Origin: Takakia lepidozioides
Taxonomy: Eukaryota; Plantae; Bryophyta
DNA: 64,000 bases
Direction of reading: 5' to 3'
NCBI GenBank assembly: GCA_030704615.1
Contig: CM060734.1
Span: 55,180,001-55,244,000 of the forward strand
The notes under the pieces were generated by a model. That model was not told the DNA's origin. It worked only from the letters and a program-made list of their open reading frames with translations, and ran no database searches. How positions within the stretch are numbered: the first letter of the stretch is position 1; the number at the start of each line of letters is the position of its first letter. The translations under genes and the position numbers were made by a program. Positions 50,680 through 64,000 of the stretch are shown one piece after another.

Positions 50680-52510
50680 CAATGCCATGGGGACATGTCA
50701 GATCTGCTGTGCAAAGGCATGGCCAGCCGATGTTGGCAATTCATCCCTGGTAGGTGGGCTCACAGTTGAATGCCTGAAGAATGCCTGAACGACGATAAGT
50801 TTTACGTGGAGTATAATTATGCATGGTAAAATGCCCAGCATGGGCGTGATAGGGAGGGCCCTTCCGAGATCTATGAGAAAATGATATGTGAAGGGGTGAC
50901 ACCAGACAAGGTCACCTTCACTTGCATTCTAACAGGTGTGGGTGCCCAACCTGGCAGCCCTGGACCAGGGCATAGAGGTCCACGGCGACATCACAAAGCT
51001 CAATTGTGGCCTGATATATCATTTTGGAGACTTGCCCTCGTCAACATGTATGCCAAATGTGGAAGTATGAAAGATGCACATCAATTGGGTTTTGACAATA
51101 TGGCCACAAACGAAAACGTGTCTCATGGGAGTTGCCAATGATGCAGGATATGCTAAGCGTGTGGGTGTGGAAGGGAGGCCCCTGCACCTACTTGAACAAA
51201 TGCAACAGGAAGGCTTTGACGCCAATGTGGTGGTCATGGAGTGCAATGATTGCAGGATATGCTCAGCACAGGCGTGGTTGGGAGGCTGTCAAGATTTACC
51301 AGCAAATGAATATGGAAGGGGTAACACCCTACAGGCATGTCATTTTTGCATTCTGAAAGGGCATGTGCCGGCCTTGGCAGCCCTAGAAAAGGCAAAGGAA
51401 GGTTCATGCAGACATGTATCAAAGCTTGGTTGCACCGACATTGTTCTAGAAACTGCCCTTGCTGACATGTATGCCAAATGCGGAGCATGAAGGAATGCAC
51501 GCCAGTGTTTGACAGCATGGATCAACGAAATGTGGTTGTCTTGGAATGGTGCATGCTTGCAGGGTACGCTCAGCAATGGATGTGGTATGGAGCCCTGCAA
51601 CTATTTTGAACAAATGCAAAACAGGCTTGAAGCTGGACAAAGTTACTTTAATATAATTGTTCTCTCTGCATGTAGCCCATGTGGGTCTAGTGTGGATGAA
51701 AGTTTGTCACTATTTCAATTCCATTCACGGCCTCCACCCCTACAGTGGCCCCGTTTTGGCTGCCATAGTAGAACTTCTTTGGCCGTGCAGGGCGGTTGGA
51801 TGAGACGCAGAAGACTTCATTTAACAAAATGCCAATGGAAGCAGATGCTGCTGTGTGGGGAGCCTTGTTGTGCAAGCAAAATTCATGGTAATGTGGGTGT
51901 AGCATATGTGCAGCAAAGTGCCCTCTTTCAGTGGGATCCAACGGATGCGCAATGTATTGTGCTGCTTATCGAACTCTGTGCTGCAGCGCAGCTGGCAGGT
52001 GGATGATACTGCCAAAGGTGATGAAAATGATGAAGACCGGGGGTGTCAGAAAGGATCCAGGGTCACTCACTGTCGCATTGAGGTCAACAACTGCTTGCAT
52101 ACGTTTCGTTGTAGATGACAAAGTGCACCCCGCCCAAATCAAAGAAATCCAATGCCTGAGCTGAAAGACTTGTCTGGACAGATGAAGGAGGCCCCGGGTA
52201 CTGCCTGAGAACGCGCTTTGTGGTTGCATAATGTGAAAGAGGGAGCAGAAAGGAACTTTTTCTTTGCTACCACAGTTAGAAGCTGGCCATTGCTTGCTTT
52301 TTTTTTTTGCCTCATCAGCACATCCCCCCCGGATTCCTCTCCGTAATCATCAAAAATCCTTCGTGTTGGTGTGGTGACTGCCACACAGCCACCAGATTCA
52401 TCTCAAAAGATATTAGGCGAGCAAAATTGTTTTGTACGGGACGCCAATAGTTTTCATTTTTCACCACTTCCAAGATGGGGTTTGCTCTTGCGGGGAATTA
52501 CACTGTGACA
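50680..52510 (+). pseudogene. PLS-class PPR-E-DYW gene, heavily frameshifted
   Basis: Fragments GVTPDKVTFTCIL, ALVNMYAKCGSMKDA, WSAMIAGYAQH, VLSACS, IEVNNCLHTF..DKVHP, CYH..KLAIA, DCHTA and HHFQDGVCSCG, in changing frames. Confidence 0.88.
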
Positions 52511-53904
52511 GAAAAACATGCACAGAAATGAAGTGCCGTTGCAGAACTGTGAGGGTGGAATGTTTTTTGTAATTTTGTCCCATATTCTTTTAGTCAAAGA
52601 AAGAGCCAAGTCTTTTGCAACTGAGTTTTTAGGTCATAGAGCTGCTTCCGTACATCAGTTGGGAAATTAAATGCAGTAGATTTAGAATCTGATCTATGCT
52701 CACTGGGTGTACGATAGCAATTGAATAGAGGTCCCCCCAAGGAAGGCCAACAAGCAATCCCATTCCAAGCAGGTGCCGGTCAGCTAAATAACTAGTCATG
52801 TGAGGATCTCAAGGGGGTTCATGGGTCCTTTGAGAGATGAACTTTTGGTGAGTTAGTTTTTTTTTTCTCACCTACCCAAGTGTTCAACAGCTGACATTCC
52901 ACTCGACAGCATCATTTATGACCAGGGGTCACAGATTGCTGCAAATAGAGGAAAAAAGTGTTGGGGAGCGACTGTCGAATTTAATTAATATCCACATATA
53001 TTTTCAAGCTATCCCTTCATCTTCAATCCCCAGAGGAGGTATGCAAGCCCCCAGCTCCACACCCAGGAGTCCTGCGGGTCAGGTTATGCAGGGTGTGTGA
53101 AGCTTGCATCAGCAAAACAGAATCTCTCTAAAACTCACAGAAATGTACCAAAATTTCCTGCAACATAACCACAATAGAAAGAAAGTTCGGCAACATCATG
53201 AAGCATCTGGAGCCATCCTCCCTTGAAGAATTTGAGATGTTACTCAGAAGAAATCAATCATTTGCTACTTCAGAATCTAGGCCCCAGGAGCTGTACAAGA
53301 ATAGCTCCAGGTACAGATCCTGAAAGCTTTCCCTCGCTCCGATTTGCGATAGGACATTTGATTGGCGAAGCACGGTCATCCTTCTCTGATTCTTGCATCT
53401 CAACAATTTCACCGAGAGATGAGGAAGAAAGGGAGAGCAGCATCAAGACAGAAAATGGAGATGGAGAGATCCAGGAAGGGACCCCGAATGAGGATACAGC
53501 TGACGACAGGATCACTTTGCTCAGGGATGGTATCCCAAGACCTTTTGCAACGGTAAATCTTTTTTGGACTTTCTCGTTCTTCCGTCTGGCCAGACACAAA
53601 TGTTTTTTTGAGACACCCAGACCAGTGCTTAATTTAGCAGATAGGACGCTGGTAGCAGTGAAGCGGAGATGATCGATGGTCGCATGCACTTGAGGTCACG
53701 ATGCTACTAAAACCCGGTCAAAGGAAGTTCACTACTGGGGAGTGCATTTTTATATCTTCCCCTTCACCTGGTACTCTGATGCCATAAGGCTACATAGAGG
53801 ATTCATGTCTCAAGAGTTTGGGTTGAAGACCTAAGACTTTGCAGTCAGGGAGATATGCATGTTCTTCAAGAGTTTGGGTTGAAAGACCTAAGACTTTTTG
53901 CATT

Positions 53905-54424
53905 CAGGAAGAATGCTTTCATTGGATCCTTGCGGACCTGAAGTCGAATTACATGGCAGAAGAGGTGGGATTTCAAAATCCAACATCAGTGCAAGTCCTT
54001 GCCTCTTATTCTATCTGGTCAAGACTGCATCCCCCATGCCCAGGTGATGTTTAAATTTCCGACAGCTCAACATGTTACTTTATATCTGAAGTGGGACTGC
54101 AAAATAAGTTCTAATCACTGCACATGGGAGCCTGTTCTATAAGCAATTGGATGAGGTCCATCAATTTATGGCTACTCTCGTAGTAACTTCAAGGTTCTAG
54201 TGTGAATGTTTGCACCATTGTTTTCATCCCAGAAAGCCCTTTGTAGAAGCTCTGGTTTGGATTTCTTGATACATGATTTCTGTCTTGCTTGTTTCATATA
54301 TGGTATGCAGTCGGGTTCTGGGAAGACAATGACTTACCTCCTTCCCACTCTCACGAAGATTGTTCCGACTCGAGCAGCTGTGCAAGCTATAGTGGTTGTC
54401 CCGACTCGAGAATTGGGCATGCAG
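53905..54424 (+). pseudogene. DEAD-box RNA helicase (RH58-like) fragment: Q motif, motif I and Ia exons
   Basis: EEVGFQNPTSVQ, then the AG/GT-bounded exon 54311-54424 SGSGKTMTYLL..VQAIVVVPTRELGMQ. No DEAD-motif exon found downstream. Confidence 0.7.
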
Positions 54425-54718
54425 GTACTGGACACTAATGAATTAACAAGTTGGTGCTGTTATGCACAGTGGTTTTTGGACAATCTGTGCAGGGGACTTC
54501 CATAGCTCATGCATTCCAGTTTCAATATTGACAGTAGCGGTGATTGGCAGATGAGAGAGGGAGACAGTAGTGGAAGCAAGGTGGATGGACATAAAAACTA
54601 TATGGGTTAAAGCTAATGGCACATTCAATGCAGGTTAACCCCTAAAGGACGAAGTGACCCAAACTGGGTCGGTTCGTTTAGAAAAGTGGCTCGTTATCAC
54701 TGGGGTTAAGCCTGATTT

Positions 54719-55040
54719 GGGCATCACTTTACACTAGGGACCAAGACCAAGCGGACATGGAGCATTCTTATTGGTCGAGGGCCGAAATTGGTCCCAATGG
54801 CTTTACATTAGGGACCAAGCCCAAAAGACCAAAGCGGGCCAATATGCTTACATGGCACCTATTTTTGCTTCAATGGCACCTACTTTCGGCGCGAACTTTT
54901 TGGTCCAGACCAAGGAAAAGGAACCCTCCTAATAGCGGGGCCAACTCTTTGCCTCCAGACCAAGACGTCGGACCAAGACCAGCCCAAGAACTTCTCAGTC
55001 CCACGATTTATTGGTCTTGGTCCCTAGTGTAAAGTGGCCC
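54719..55040. mobile_element. MITE with ~26-bp terminal inverted repeats, PIF/Harbinger (Tourist)-like
   Basis: CACTTTACACTAGGGACCAAGACCAA ... TTGGTCTTGGTCCCTAGTGTAAAGTG; right end GGCCC followed by TTA; internal GACCAAG repeats. Confidence 0.8.
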
Positions 55041-55142
55041 TTAAGCTCATTGGAAAGGTAATCGAGTCAGCTATGAGGTGGCATTTCCCAATTCGTCATT
55101 GGCCTGGCTCGAGCCCTAGTAAATACTTAAGAATCCGAGTTG

Positions 55143-55217
55143 GTTTCACGGTAGCGTGACGGTAAGGTGATAGCAACGCACATGGTGAGGTTCTGGGTTC
55201 GATTCTTGATGGGAGGC
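55143..55217 (+). mobile_element. tRNA-like head (SINE or tRNA pseudogene)
   Basis: A-box-like TAGCGTGACGG and B-box GGTTCGATTC at tRNA-like spacing; no clean cloverleaf. Confidence 0.4.
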
Positions 55218-56557
55218 TCTTGTAGTGTAACCCTCTGCAACCCTTGTCTCTCATGTAACTCTCTGGTTAGTCCATTTAATACTTAGCCAAATTTGGACTT
55301 AGTCAAATTTCGAGACCAAGTGACACTCCATTTTGTGTAACCCCGAGCGGAGTTATACACCTCGTCATGTAACCCAATGTAACCCCAAGTGGGATTACAC
55401 GGGTTGTAACCAGTGTTGTACCGGTATATAGGGTATTCCCTGGTATGTGCACAGGTATATGCAATGGTATCAAGGACCCTACCAGCCTGATATCAACCAA
55501 GAGAAATACCTCAGCTATGCACAAGTTGCCCCCAATAAGCCCCAAATTAATACCCTGGCTTCTACCATACCAATATGGTATTCATTATTGTCATACCCTT
55601 GTAGATACCAGTACTCCCCCCTTGGTGTGGCGAAGTCCCTCGAGTATTCGCTGTATAGCATAGGTGGGGGCCCGCTTCTTCAATGTCTAGTGTAATGGCT
55701 GTAAATTTTAGTTCAGAGGCTGATTTGGTCAAGGATCACGAAGATGAATTGCAAGAGGCTGGATATTTTGATGACTTCAGCTGTAATCATTACAGGTTTC
55801 ATCTGTCAGGGAGAGAATGAGGCTGAGAGAATGTGGCCTCCACATGGCGCCAGCGTTTCTTTTAAGAAATTTAGAAAACAGCACGAGTGGCTACAGAGTT
55901 TTGCAAAAAACAGCGATACGATCTGTTTATCCACTGAAATTCATCCTCCTCTGTACTTTAATCCATTTAAATCATCCATATTTGGCGAATTCATCCCCAT
56001 AATTTATTTTTTATTTGGAGAAGTTTGGCGATTTCATCCATGAAAAATAGGGAATTTGTGACAGAATATTCTATTTTATTTTTGACGTCACAATCTGGTA
56101 ATAAATCAACAATAAAAGAATGGTTGCATGGTGGATGGTGCCGCAACTCCAAACCCTAACACTTGCTACATAAAAGCAAAAGAAGAACATCAACAAAAGT
56201 TTGTTGTAGCCCCCACAACAAACGTAAAAGAAGAACATCAAGGCTTTGTTCCCATGGACAAAAGTAAAAGCTCGTTAGGATGCTAGCTAGTGCCAAGTTT
56301 TAGTTGACAGAAGGCCACGTCGACAGGTTTTGGCTAAACCCTAATACAATTTAGCCAAAAAAGATCACATTCTTTTTTTGTTGAGGAACTTAGGGGAGGA
56401 AGCCTGCAAAAGCTTTATTTGAATTATTGAAGGGAAGACTTTAAAAAGCATTGTCTCTATGGCACCCACTTATGGCACCCACTTTGGAGGTTTATCTTTT
56501 CCTCTATGTACCACTTGGGCCTTTGTGCTTCCATCCCTTTTTTTTAAATAATAATAA

Positions 56558-56950
56558 TAAGGGAAAAAATTAAAACCCAAGTATAGGCCCGAAGGCTACC
56601 ATAAGGACTGAACGGTAAACCAACACGGAGAAGATGACTGATAACGTTTGAACGATAGAGTCGTGAACTTGAGAAGAACTAAGTCCTTGGATTGCAGCTT
56701 TGGTATTCACATTAATTTCAATGTCAATTTTTAGCCAAATAGCCATATTGTTAATAGATATAAATTGAATTTTATTATTTTTTGAATTATTGAAGGGAAA
56801 AAAATTAAAAACCCTTATAGGCCCAAAGGCTGCCACAACTCCTGAACGGTAAACCATGACGGAGATTCCGACGATAACGTCTGGACGATAGGCCATGAGT
56901 CGTGAACTCGAGAAGAACTAAGTGCCTGGATTTCAGCTATGGTATTCAAA
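56558..56950 (+). repeat. Diverged ~235-bp-period tandem duplication
   Basis: AAGGGAAAAAATTAAAA..TATAGGCCC..CTGAACGGTAAACC..GAGTCGTGAACT.GAGAAGAACTAAGT at ~56558 and ~56792. Confidence 0.8.
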
Positions 56951-57799
56951 ATAATAATTTTATTTTTGTATAGGGATTTGAACCCTTATAGCTATCCATT
57001 ATAGCATACAAAATTACAGCCCAAAGGCCTTTAGATTAACCATAAAGGTTAAAGAAAAAAAAGTTTTTGAAATATAATATGACAAATAATTGGACTGAAT
57101 GGATTTTGAACTTATTGAAATAATGAAATCTGAGGTTGAAAACATGATATAATATAGTATTATAGTATTATATTATTATATTATTTTTAAATTAATATCT
57201 ATATTATTATATATTATTAATAGTTCAAATAAATTCGTTCATATAAATATTATAATTAATATATTTGGAGTTTTTGAGATGTAATATGATAAATATTTTG
57301 GTTGATTGGATTTAAGTTGGAATGATGAATATGAGGTTGAGAGCATGATACAATACGATAATGTGTTGTACACATCCGATCCTTCACATCACACAACTCA
57401 TCATTCGTAGTCCGCAACTCATCCTTCGTAACTTCACATTCGGCTGTGACAACACGCAACTCAGTACTCATCCGATCCTTCACAATATGCAACTCATCCT
57501 TCATAGTCACCTTCGGTTGTGACAGCACCTTCTAGAGGTGCTAGTTCTCTTGTCAATCTCTCAATCTCCTTCTTGAACGCCGGCGGCCCAGTTGTCAACT
57601 TCTTAGACTTAGGAATGGTCTTTTGTGTTGAGGAGATGACTCCAAATTGAATTTGACATGGTGGCAAGGACTTTCTTTTCATCGCTCAAGGCCTTGTATA
57701 ATTGTGATTGCTCCCGCAGTTCCTTATTTTTCGCTTCAAGCTCCACATTTTTCTCTTTGAGTGATTTATTTGGCCCAAGACATTAACATCCTTGTCGTT

Positions 57800-60170
57800 T
57801 AGATGTGGCTTCAAAAATGAATAAAACTATAACTCATCAATTGCAATCAATCCTACAAAAATGCAAAACTCATCAGATCAAAGTAATCAAACGAATCAAA
57901 AAATGGTCATTTTTTAATGCACAACAAATGTCTGCACAATTAGCAATCTACATGGTTTTTACTAATCTCTTCCATTGGATCATTCATCAAGATCATTTCA
58001 ATTTGTCAATACTTCTATAGTAGAAGATCAAACATTTGTTTATAAACCAACACATATGTTATGTGAACTCCCTCCAGTTTGAACCGATGTAAAATGTATA
58101 TCGGTAATTGATAAATATATAGGAAGGCCAGTTCAATCATTAAACCATATTTCTCTTACAGGAGTAAGTGCTGAATTATATAATATCAAATCATTTAAAC
58201 GGAACGGAAAAACAAGTTATACAATGGATTAATTATAATGTACATCGTGATTCAGAAAATCATTACGAGAACAATTACTTCTGTTTTTGCCAATATTTCA
58301 AAATACAAAGCATCTTAAAAAATAAATTGGCATCATGGCATCAACCCTACACAAACGAACAAACTCTTATTGGAAACATCCGGAAAAGTTTTATTTGTAC
58401 ATTCCCCCAAAATAAAACAATTGTGGATGTAGATTGGTCTCACTTAAAACCAATTGCCCATTATTTGGTACATACAAATGATAATAACATATGGATGGAT
58501 CTTTTTTCAAATTTCGATATTAAAACTAGTCCAAATTTTATCTAAAAAAAAACTAATAACTTAACAAATACTAATGGAATTGAATCGTGAGATTTAAACT
58601 TTGAGCGTCGAGTAATTCCTTGAGTTCATACAGAATACATAAATATATATTATAATTCAATAATTTGTATGATAAACTTTTGTCAAGTTATAAGTAGGTT
58701 TTATTCTATGGTTCGCACGTTGAACATACAACAACGGTTTATTTTTTAGGATGTTTTGCACAAAAAAAGTATAAATCTTCATGAACCTATCCATCGTTTT
58801 TTAATTGATAGGGCTGGCACTGGAAAATTTTCACTTAATGATTATAATACAATGTCTTCTTCGTTTGTACATCAAACAAAATAAAAATTCAGATCCTCTA
58901 AAAGAAATCTTCAAAATGGCGTACACTATGAAAGCTGCTTTTAACATAGATGGATCAACTGGTTTGGCCATTCCTTTTAACGAATTATCATCTTTGAATG
59001 ATGAACGTTGTAACAGATTAAGTTGATTAACAAAATAATATAATCAGTTATAATTGCTCGTATTAGATGAAATTTCAGTGATTGAAAATCGGATGTTAAC
59101 ATTTATTAATAGGTGTTTAAGAACAAGAAGACGAGTACACAACAGTTTTTTTTTTAATTTAATCTTGATACTATCGTTACTCGAGATCTATAAGGGTGTT
59201 CTCTTTTCTTTTCTTTTCTATATCTACAGACTATTGACCCATAGCATACTTTGTCCACAGGCAAGTGCTTGTGTTGCCTATCACATGTCCCCGCAGCTGT
59301 AGCTCTGGAGTTGGTTCAAGATCGCAAGGCAAAAGTGCTCTTTCACAAACAAGCTGGACCAACCAATTCGTCTGGTGGTGGACAACCGCTACAGAGCATT
59401 TGCAGGTCTGGAGTTGGTTCAAGATTGTGGCGAAAGGGCTTTTTCACAAACAAGCTGGACCAAACAATTCGTCTGGTGGAGGACAACCGCTACAGAGCAG
59501 CTGCAGGTCTGGAGTTGGTTAAGGCGAAAGGGCTCTTTCACAAAGAAGCTGGACCAAGCAATTCGTCTGGTGGAGGTCAACCTAGCGGTTGTGCCGCCAT
59601 TGGTAATCACTTATTCTTTTCATCATATGTATTGCTTAATTTGTTGTTGATGTTCAATAACCTCTTGTTGGTGTCGGTGTTGATGCAGATGCAGATGCAG
59701 ATCTCGATAGAAATGCAAATGACGATGAGGGAAACATGACAAACTTTTATGCCATGTATTGATACAGGTAATGCGACAAACTGATATTATGCAGTTCATT
59801 GAAATTCTCAATAGGGTCAGAATTGCCAAACAAACAAACGACGATATAACTATTAGAATTAGACTTTGCTATAAGAACGCCCCATCCGATCCTACATTCT
59901 CACATCTTTTAAAAAAAAACGAATCTACCCAAGACCACAATAATATAACATTTGAAAGAATAAACGAGCAAGTTTATTTTCTTAAAGCAAATGATATGAG
60001 ATATAATACATGTCCCCACATTTTTCTCTGTCTGCTGAACCAAACAAAACTGCTGGTCTGCATGCCGAAATACAAGTGAAATCCAATATGTTGGTAGAAT
60101 TATGCATAGAAAATTACACAACAGATGATGGGCTTATAAATGGAGCAAATGGTATATTTGATACTAGTCA
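57800..60170 (+). mobile_element. Decayed Helitron-type Rep/PIF1 helicase coding sequence
   Basis: QQMSAQLA, QWINYN..DSENHY, AGTGK (~58815), AYTMKAAFNIDGST, LVLDEIS, VMRQTD..FIEILNRVR and DGLINGANG, in PIF1 motif order; many stops; AT-rich. Confidence 0.8.
59290..59580 (+). repeat. ~105-bp tandem repeat, about 3 copies, inserted in the PIF1 remnant
   Basis: TCTGGAGTTGGTT..TTTCACAAA.AAGCTGGACCAA..AATTCGTCTGGTGG recurs three times. Confidence 0.85.
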
Positions 60171-61384
60171 TCAAAATTTGAAGTCTGTTAGTCAGAGAGT
60201 TATGATTGCATCTCGCAATGTGCAAGATGGATTTCTGCGGTTAGTACCCAGCCTCCAAATATTGGTGTGAGATCAGGAGCCCTTATAGAAACCACCTTTC
60301 AATTTGCAGAAAAGAATGTGTTTTAGATATGATGTGTACAATTAGGGGTCAGTGTAATGTCGGGAACAAAAATAAGTCTCTCCATTTTGTATTCAAATAT
60401 TTGAGGCAAAGAACTGAAAATGTGGTCCAATTGAGCATTACAATCATCCATCAACTGGGAATTGTTCAAAAGAACGTTCTCTTTACAGGGCTAAGTTGGC
60501 TTTCTACACATATACCATCCACAAATGTAATTCTTGTGTTTCCATTCTTGATACAATAGAATCCATGGTTTCCCTGGGGACAAATTTCGGCTACACCACT
60601 CACTTCCATTTTGCAGATACTCATGATGGGATCAACATATACTTGGGGTTGATATCTGACATCATGTCCTGTCTAGCAACACGCACAACTGTTGTCTTTC
60701 ACACGTATGGGTCATCATACTACTTGACCCAAATAGTCGCACTTTTCAGTGAAGGAAAATACGCTTGATAATACTGAAATTCTCCATTCTGCCTCCACTC
60801 TTCAACACATCAAAGAGAGCATAAGGCAACAAATGTAAGAAACTGCACTGTCAATAGGAAAACCCCTTCTTCAACGGTTTACAAATCATAAGGAAAGTTG
60901 ATGCACCTTGAAGCACCTTGAAGAGGGTCACACAGATAAATGTGTGATCTTGTTCACGCATGTACACCCCATCATCCTTATCACCAATAGGATGGTTGGG
61001 ATCTTGTGAATATGGTGAAAAATATATTTTCCATTGTTTGTGTGGTAATGGCACTTGAAAATGGGCAGTAACTAAACAATCCACAACGATCAACAAAATT
61101 CTACAAATGTCGAGTCGAAACGACCACAACGCTTTACAGCCAATGAGACAATTGCTAGGGACAATAACTAGGGTAGCCTTCTTATCCTAAGATCATTTAT
61201 ACGGGAGGATTTTTAAAAGATGCACACATAGGATACGGAACCTACAACATTGGCACTAGTACAAAGTCGATATAGCATGGTCATCCAAAACCACATAATC
61301 ACGGGTTATCAATATCACATTTAACGAAAAAATTGCTGATTCCACATAACCGGGTTGATAACCTGGTTTCATACCCTGAAAACC

Positions 61385-61450
61385 TAATAGCTCAGCTGGA
61401 AAGTGCACAATGTGTCGCCTTGGTGGTTCGGGGTTCAAACCCGCTGCCCA
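61385..61450 (+). mobile_element. tRNA-like head (SINE or tRNA pseudogene)
   Basis: A box TAGCTCAGCTGG and B box GGTTCAAACC; acceptor stem does not pair. Confidence 0.45.
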
Positions 61451-64000
61451 TGTGTGGATTGTTCAGTGGTGTTCTGTTTGGATCATGTGTGCCTCCATTG
61501 CCCATAAATGAAAGGGGGTTATGTTGCCCCCTCCTTGAAGGGCTTGAATTGGGGCTGTTGCTCCCAGGTTTAAGAAAACAACAAAAACCTAATAACCGCC
61601 CAACACTGCTTTGCATACCATCTACAAACAACCAGTATAGATTATATAATCTACAAACAACCAGTTCTTTATGGACTGACTTCAGTTCATCCTGTTTTGA
61701 AGGATGCACAGTGCAGGAGTGAGGTTGAGTGCAGGTACAGAAGCTAGTGTTAAACCCTAATCACTAAACCCCACTTTCGTTGATCGAATGACTGCAATCC
61801 CAGTCATTCATCGACTCGACACCCTGCTTCAATCCACCAACTTAGCCCTAAATCTTTGCTTCTTGGATCATCGCCAACAACCGCAGGGAATCCTCGACTC
61901 TTCGAAGACATACACCCGAGCACAAATTATCGTAGCTTGTAATTATCAGGACCGCATTGACGAAGTGGCAGCATTTATGCTGCAGTGATGGCAAGGGTAT
62001 GGAGCTCGAAGCAGCGAGAAGAGCAGTATCTATGTGCAAGCCTACCGAAGGTAACTGAGGATGTGATTTGTGAGTCCTCTTTTCCTCTTCCACAGCCTGC
62101 ATTTCGGCCACCCTTCCCACCTGCACTCCAATTTCCGACAGGACTTTCCGCACCACGCCGCTGTGTTGACGATGTTTCTCTACTCTGATTAGCTTTGGAC
62201 GATTGGAAGACATTGTATGCAAGTTTTGAAGGTTGGTGGAAGTCCTTAGTTTGGGTTGCTAGCTTCGGGAGCCATAGTGTACGCAGTTGCAAAATAGTAT
62301 AATCCAAACCCTCAGTGTGTCCGCACATGTTGCCAGTTGATATGGAAGTTGGGCAGAGTGTAGTGGCCGACTGGGGGACGGGCTCAAGAGGATCTGAGCT
62401 CAGGGATTTTGTTGGCTTTGGTCTGCTGGATCTTCCTTCTTCCTCTTTTGACGTTTGACATAGAATTAGCACTGGCGGAATTCGTTAGTTTGTTCTTTGG
62501 TATGGGTAAAAGTAATATGGTGCACCACCGGTGATGACAAGCAAGGTACCATGAGCCTCTGCAGGAATAAATGCGCACCGAGGTAGCTATCCTACCCGGC
62601 CTGCAGGGGGCGTAGATTATTGTGCCGTCATGCTAATCTGAGGTGTTTGTCTGGCAATGTCCATGTCTTGGGTTGCGCCCAGGTTCCCGCTTTTGCTGAT
62701 ATTAAGGGTTTGGCTGACTCATGCAGCAAAGTGGATATGTTTTGTCCGTACTGTATACCGTGGCAATGCAAAATATTGAGATGAACTTCACCTCTGGTAG
62801 CAGGAGCCTCTGGAGATTGACTGAAAACATAATGCTTTGAGTCGGGGGTCCTTCCTGAGCTGAGGAGGTGATCTCCAAGCACAGGATATCCTTTTCAGAC
62901 TGGCACTGGCTTGACTTATTCTTAAAGTAAGTTTTTTGACCTTCAAGAAAGACTTTCTAATCTTTTTGAGGTGCTTAGATGTTGTAGGCATGCTAGGAAA
63001 CGAGGTAGTGGTAAGGTTGGATGTGTCTGCAGCTTGTGGATTGCAAGGGTTACAGGTGGCAATTGGAGCCACAGCTTCAATCCCAGATATGGGAGACAAA
63101 GAAGAAGTGTCACCTATTTTGAATGTATGAGTCGTGCATATAGTTTGCAATTCTACAAGAATGTCTTTCTACCAATGACCCTCTTTCCAAGTCTTCGTTG
63201 GCACAAGCATTGTTGCATTTGCAGTCTCCCACAAAAACAAATAAATAGATAAACACAAACCCATGAGTATTGGTGTGTGTACATCTGGTATTACTCACCA
63301 TTCATATTCTAGGGTTGATGATGCTCATTGCTGTTGTTTTTGTCCTTCATGTCTTCTTGTCTAGAACAAAACACTCCTGAAAATGCCTCAAGTGGTGTGT
63401 GGCTAAAACACAACTTGTTCACAAGGCTTCGGAGACTCACCTTTGCTACTGCCAGCTTTATTGAAAACCTGAATGGTTGAAGAAGAACAGTGATAGGTGC
63501 ATGTCGCATGGTCTGGTTGAATGTGATTTGAAGGTCCGATTCTTTTGGGCAGCGGTATTTCCACTTCATCACGCTGTGCATAAAGCAAAGTTGTTTACAT
63601 AAGAACCTCGGTCCTCCTCTGAAGGCAGATTGGATAGAACTATTGATGTTAGTTAGGATCTTAATTCTTGAATTGCTCATGGTCATGATCTTTCTCTGCA
63701 GGGGCAGATCCCTTCTTCTCTCAATACCACTGGAGCTGCTGGGTTTTGAGCTTGTGCATGTCATAAGGGCTTGTACATGCTGGGTTTCCTTCCATGTAAC
63801 CAGGGTGCCATATAGGGTGAAGATGGCAAGCATGGATGTCAATGACGGTCCTGCCAGGGCCGGCAGCAAGCGACACTACCCAGGGGTTGGGGGCCGGGGA
63901 CAACAAGTTTGCAGATTCTGGCAAAATGGGAGATGCATCAAAGGTGATGCTTGCCAGTGGTTGCACCCAGGCAACCCAGGCCCCACAGGCCGTGGCGCAG

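Noticed and set aside
55143-61450. Functional tRNA genes at 55143 and 61385
   Set aside because: A and B boxes are present but acceptor and anticodon stems do not pair; listed only as tRNA-like heads.
60270-64000. Short ORFs suggesting decayed pol or a gene
   Set aside because: Motif-like words (KCDYLG, CKPL) are in the wrong order and nothing else was recognisable.

Overview
Eukaryotic nuclear DNA with GT-AG introns, most likely from a non-seed land plant (inferred from a PPR-DYW gene and compact introns; the species cannot be determined). Host genes or fragments: NEDD1 5' end, class-3 lipase, Lzipper-MIP1/DUF547-type gene, HEIP1-like 5' end, DExH RNA helicase, decayed PPR-DYW, DEAD-box (RH58-like) fragment and epoxide-hydrolase remnants. 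The centre (~20.3-43.7 kb) is a three-level transposon nest. A LINE with an inverted 5' part is interrupted by a chromovirus (Galadriel-like Ty3/Gypsy, LTRs 22455-23180 and 40232-40950, GGAAG TSD). Its gag is in turn interrupted by an 11.5-kb Ty3/Gypsy-type element (23538-35064, CAAA TSD). The main finding is this innermost element: it encodes a complete C5 DNA cytosine methyltransferase catalytic domain (DNMT3-like by inspection) between protease and RT, and a PHD finger at the integrase C-terminus. It also has a 1.45-kb internal minisatellite, a hairpin-rich 5' leader and no matching pair of LTRs. The right end holds a MITE, tRNA-like SINE heads and decayed Helitron/PIF1 helicase sequence.
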